From a virus: 64,000 bases of DNA. A program made the position numbers and the translations under genes. This document shows, piece after piece, positions 63,450 to 64,000 of the stretch. Each line of letters opens with the position of its first letter. Position 1 is the stretch's first letter. The DNA is taken from IMG/VR virus record IMGVR_UViG_3300021373_000005, one strand, 5' to 3'. The notes under the pieces are model-generated. The model did not search any database. It saw only the letters and a list, made by a program, of their open reading frames with translations, and was not told the origin of the DNA.

Positions 63450-63712
63450 TGTCTAGTATAAGCGTCGTATAATTCTTCACCTTTGAGTTCTTTTCCAAAG
63501 TTACGAATATGCTTACCCTGATGCGATCTTTTAATTAGACCACAATTATACTCTACATCAGTTACTGATTTACCACCTTCTGTGTCTTCAGGATGGTCAT
63601 CATACCACATTGAATTAAAAGAATGTACATGCAAAGACTTAACTTGCATTGCCCAATCTTCAGCGTCTAACATAGTCCTTTGTTTATCGACTACTTCATC
63701 ATATTGCGTCAT
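63446..63712 (-). CDS. Hypothetical protein
   Basis: 88 aa; AGGAG RBS; ATGA overlaps. Confidence 0.6.
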   Translation of the reverse strand: MTQYDEVVDKQRTMLDAEDWAMQVKSLHVHSFNSMWYDDHPEDTEGGKSVTDVEYNCGLIKRSHQGKHIRNFGKELKGEELYDAYTRQ

Positions 63713-64000
63713 AGTTTTTCTCCTGGTTTAAAACCTCTAAAACATTTGAATCTCGGAAAGCGTAAACTATATTCATCTTCCGAATCTTGACTTATTGTAA
63801 TAGCATCAGCTCTTACTTCAATTAGTTGACCAAGTACAGAGTCAGCGTGATTCCAAATATCATCCCGCATATCATCGCTAAGACCTGTGCCAACATTAAC
63901 TTTGATAAATTTACCTTCGTCAGTGCCTTCACAGATAAGTGCTCCAGTGCTTCCTTCATTTTTTCCTGTTCCTTCTTCAATATCAATAACTTTAAGTGTA
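63709..64000 (-). CDS. lig: ATP-dependent DNA ligase, C-terminal OB domain (5'-truncated by window end)
   Basis: Hand translation LKVIDIEEGTGKNEGSTGALIC...VNVGTGLSD..RD.IW...LIEV.AD.IT...YSLRFPRF (motif VI); absent from the track because the start is outside the window. Confidence 0.9.
   Translation of the reverse strand, partial: TLKVIDIEEGTGKNEGSTGALICEGTDEGKFIKVNVGTGLSDDMRDDIWNHADSVLGQLIEVRADAITISQDSEDEYSLRFPRFKCFRGFKPGEKL

Noticed and set aside
1-64000. Stop-codon reassignment
   Set aside because: TAA, TGA and TAG all end genes cleanly, core genes are full length under code 11, and no suppressor tRNA was seen.

Overview
This window is part of a large, AT-rich T4-like myovirus genome, probably infecting a Gram-negative aquatic bacterium (host inferred, not shown). 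Bases 1-36.3 kb (+ strand) are the late/structural region: a 5'-truncated repeat-rich fibre gene, a giant ~3,700-aa tail fibre with a C-terminal S74 chaperone, glycan-modifying enzymes, a paralogous array of putative virion proteins, and the T4 core block g13-g23, closed by a cUUCGg terminator. Bases 36.3-64 kb are mostly - strand early/middle genes driven by at least 12 near-consensus TTGACA-N17-TATAAT promoters. They include small hypotheticals, two tRNAs, a DenV-like glycosylase, DUF932, an HD hydrolase, PhoH, RNase H, glycosyltransferases, a dNMP kinase, a RuvC-like nuclease, a SleB hydrolase and the 3' end of DNA ligase. Two things stand out. (1) A + strand island (41.2-48.9 kb) sits behind a T4 late promoter and encodes two small membrane proteins, CsgF, CsgG, two curlin-like proteins, a FecR-domain protein and a CHASE2 adenylate cyclase; this looks like a phage-encoded trans-envelope cAMP signalling system built on a curli-type pore. 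(2) A ~660-nt ORF-free, hairpin-rich segment lies between a perfect sigma70 promoter and tRNA-Glu and is a candidate large structured ncRNA. All family calls come from motif recognition by eye; no database searches were run.
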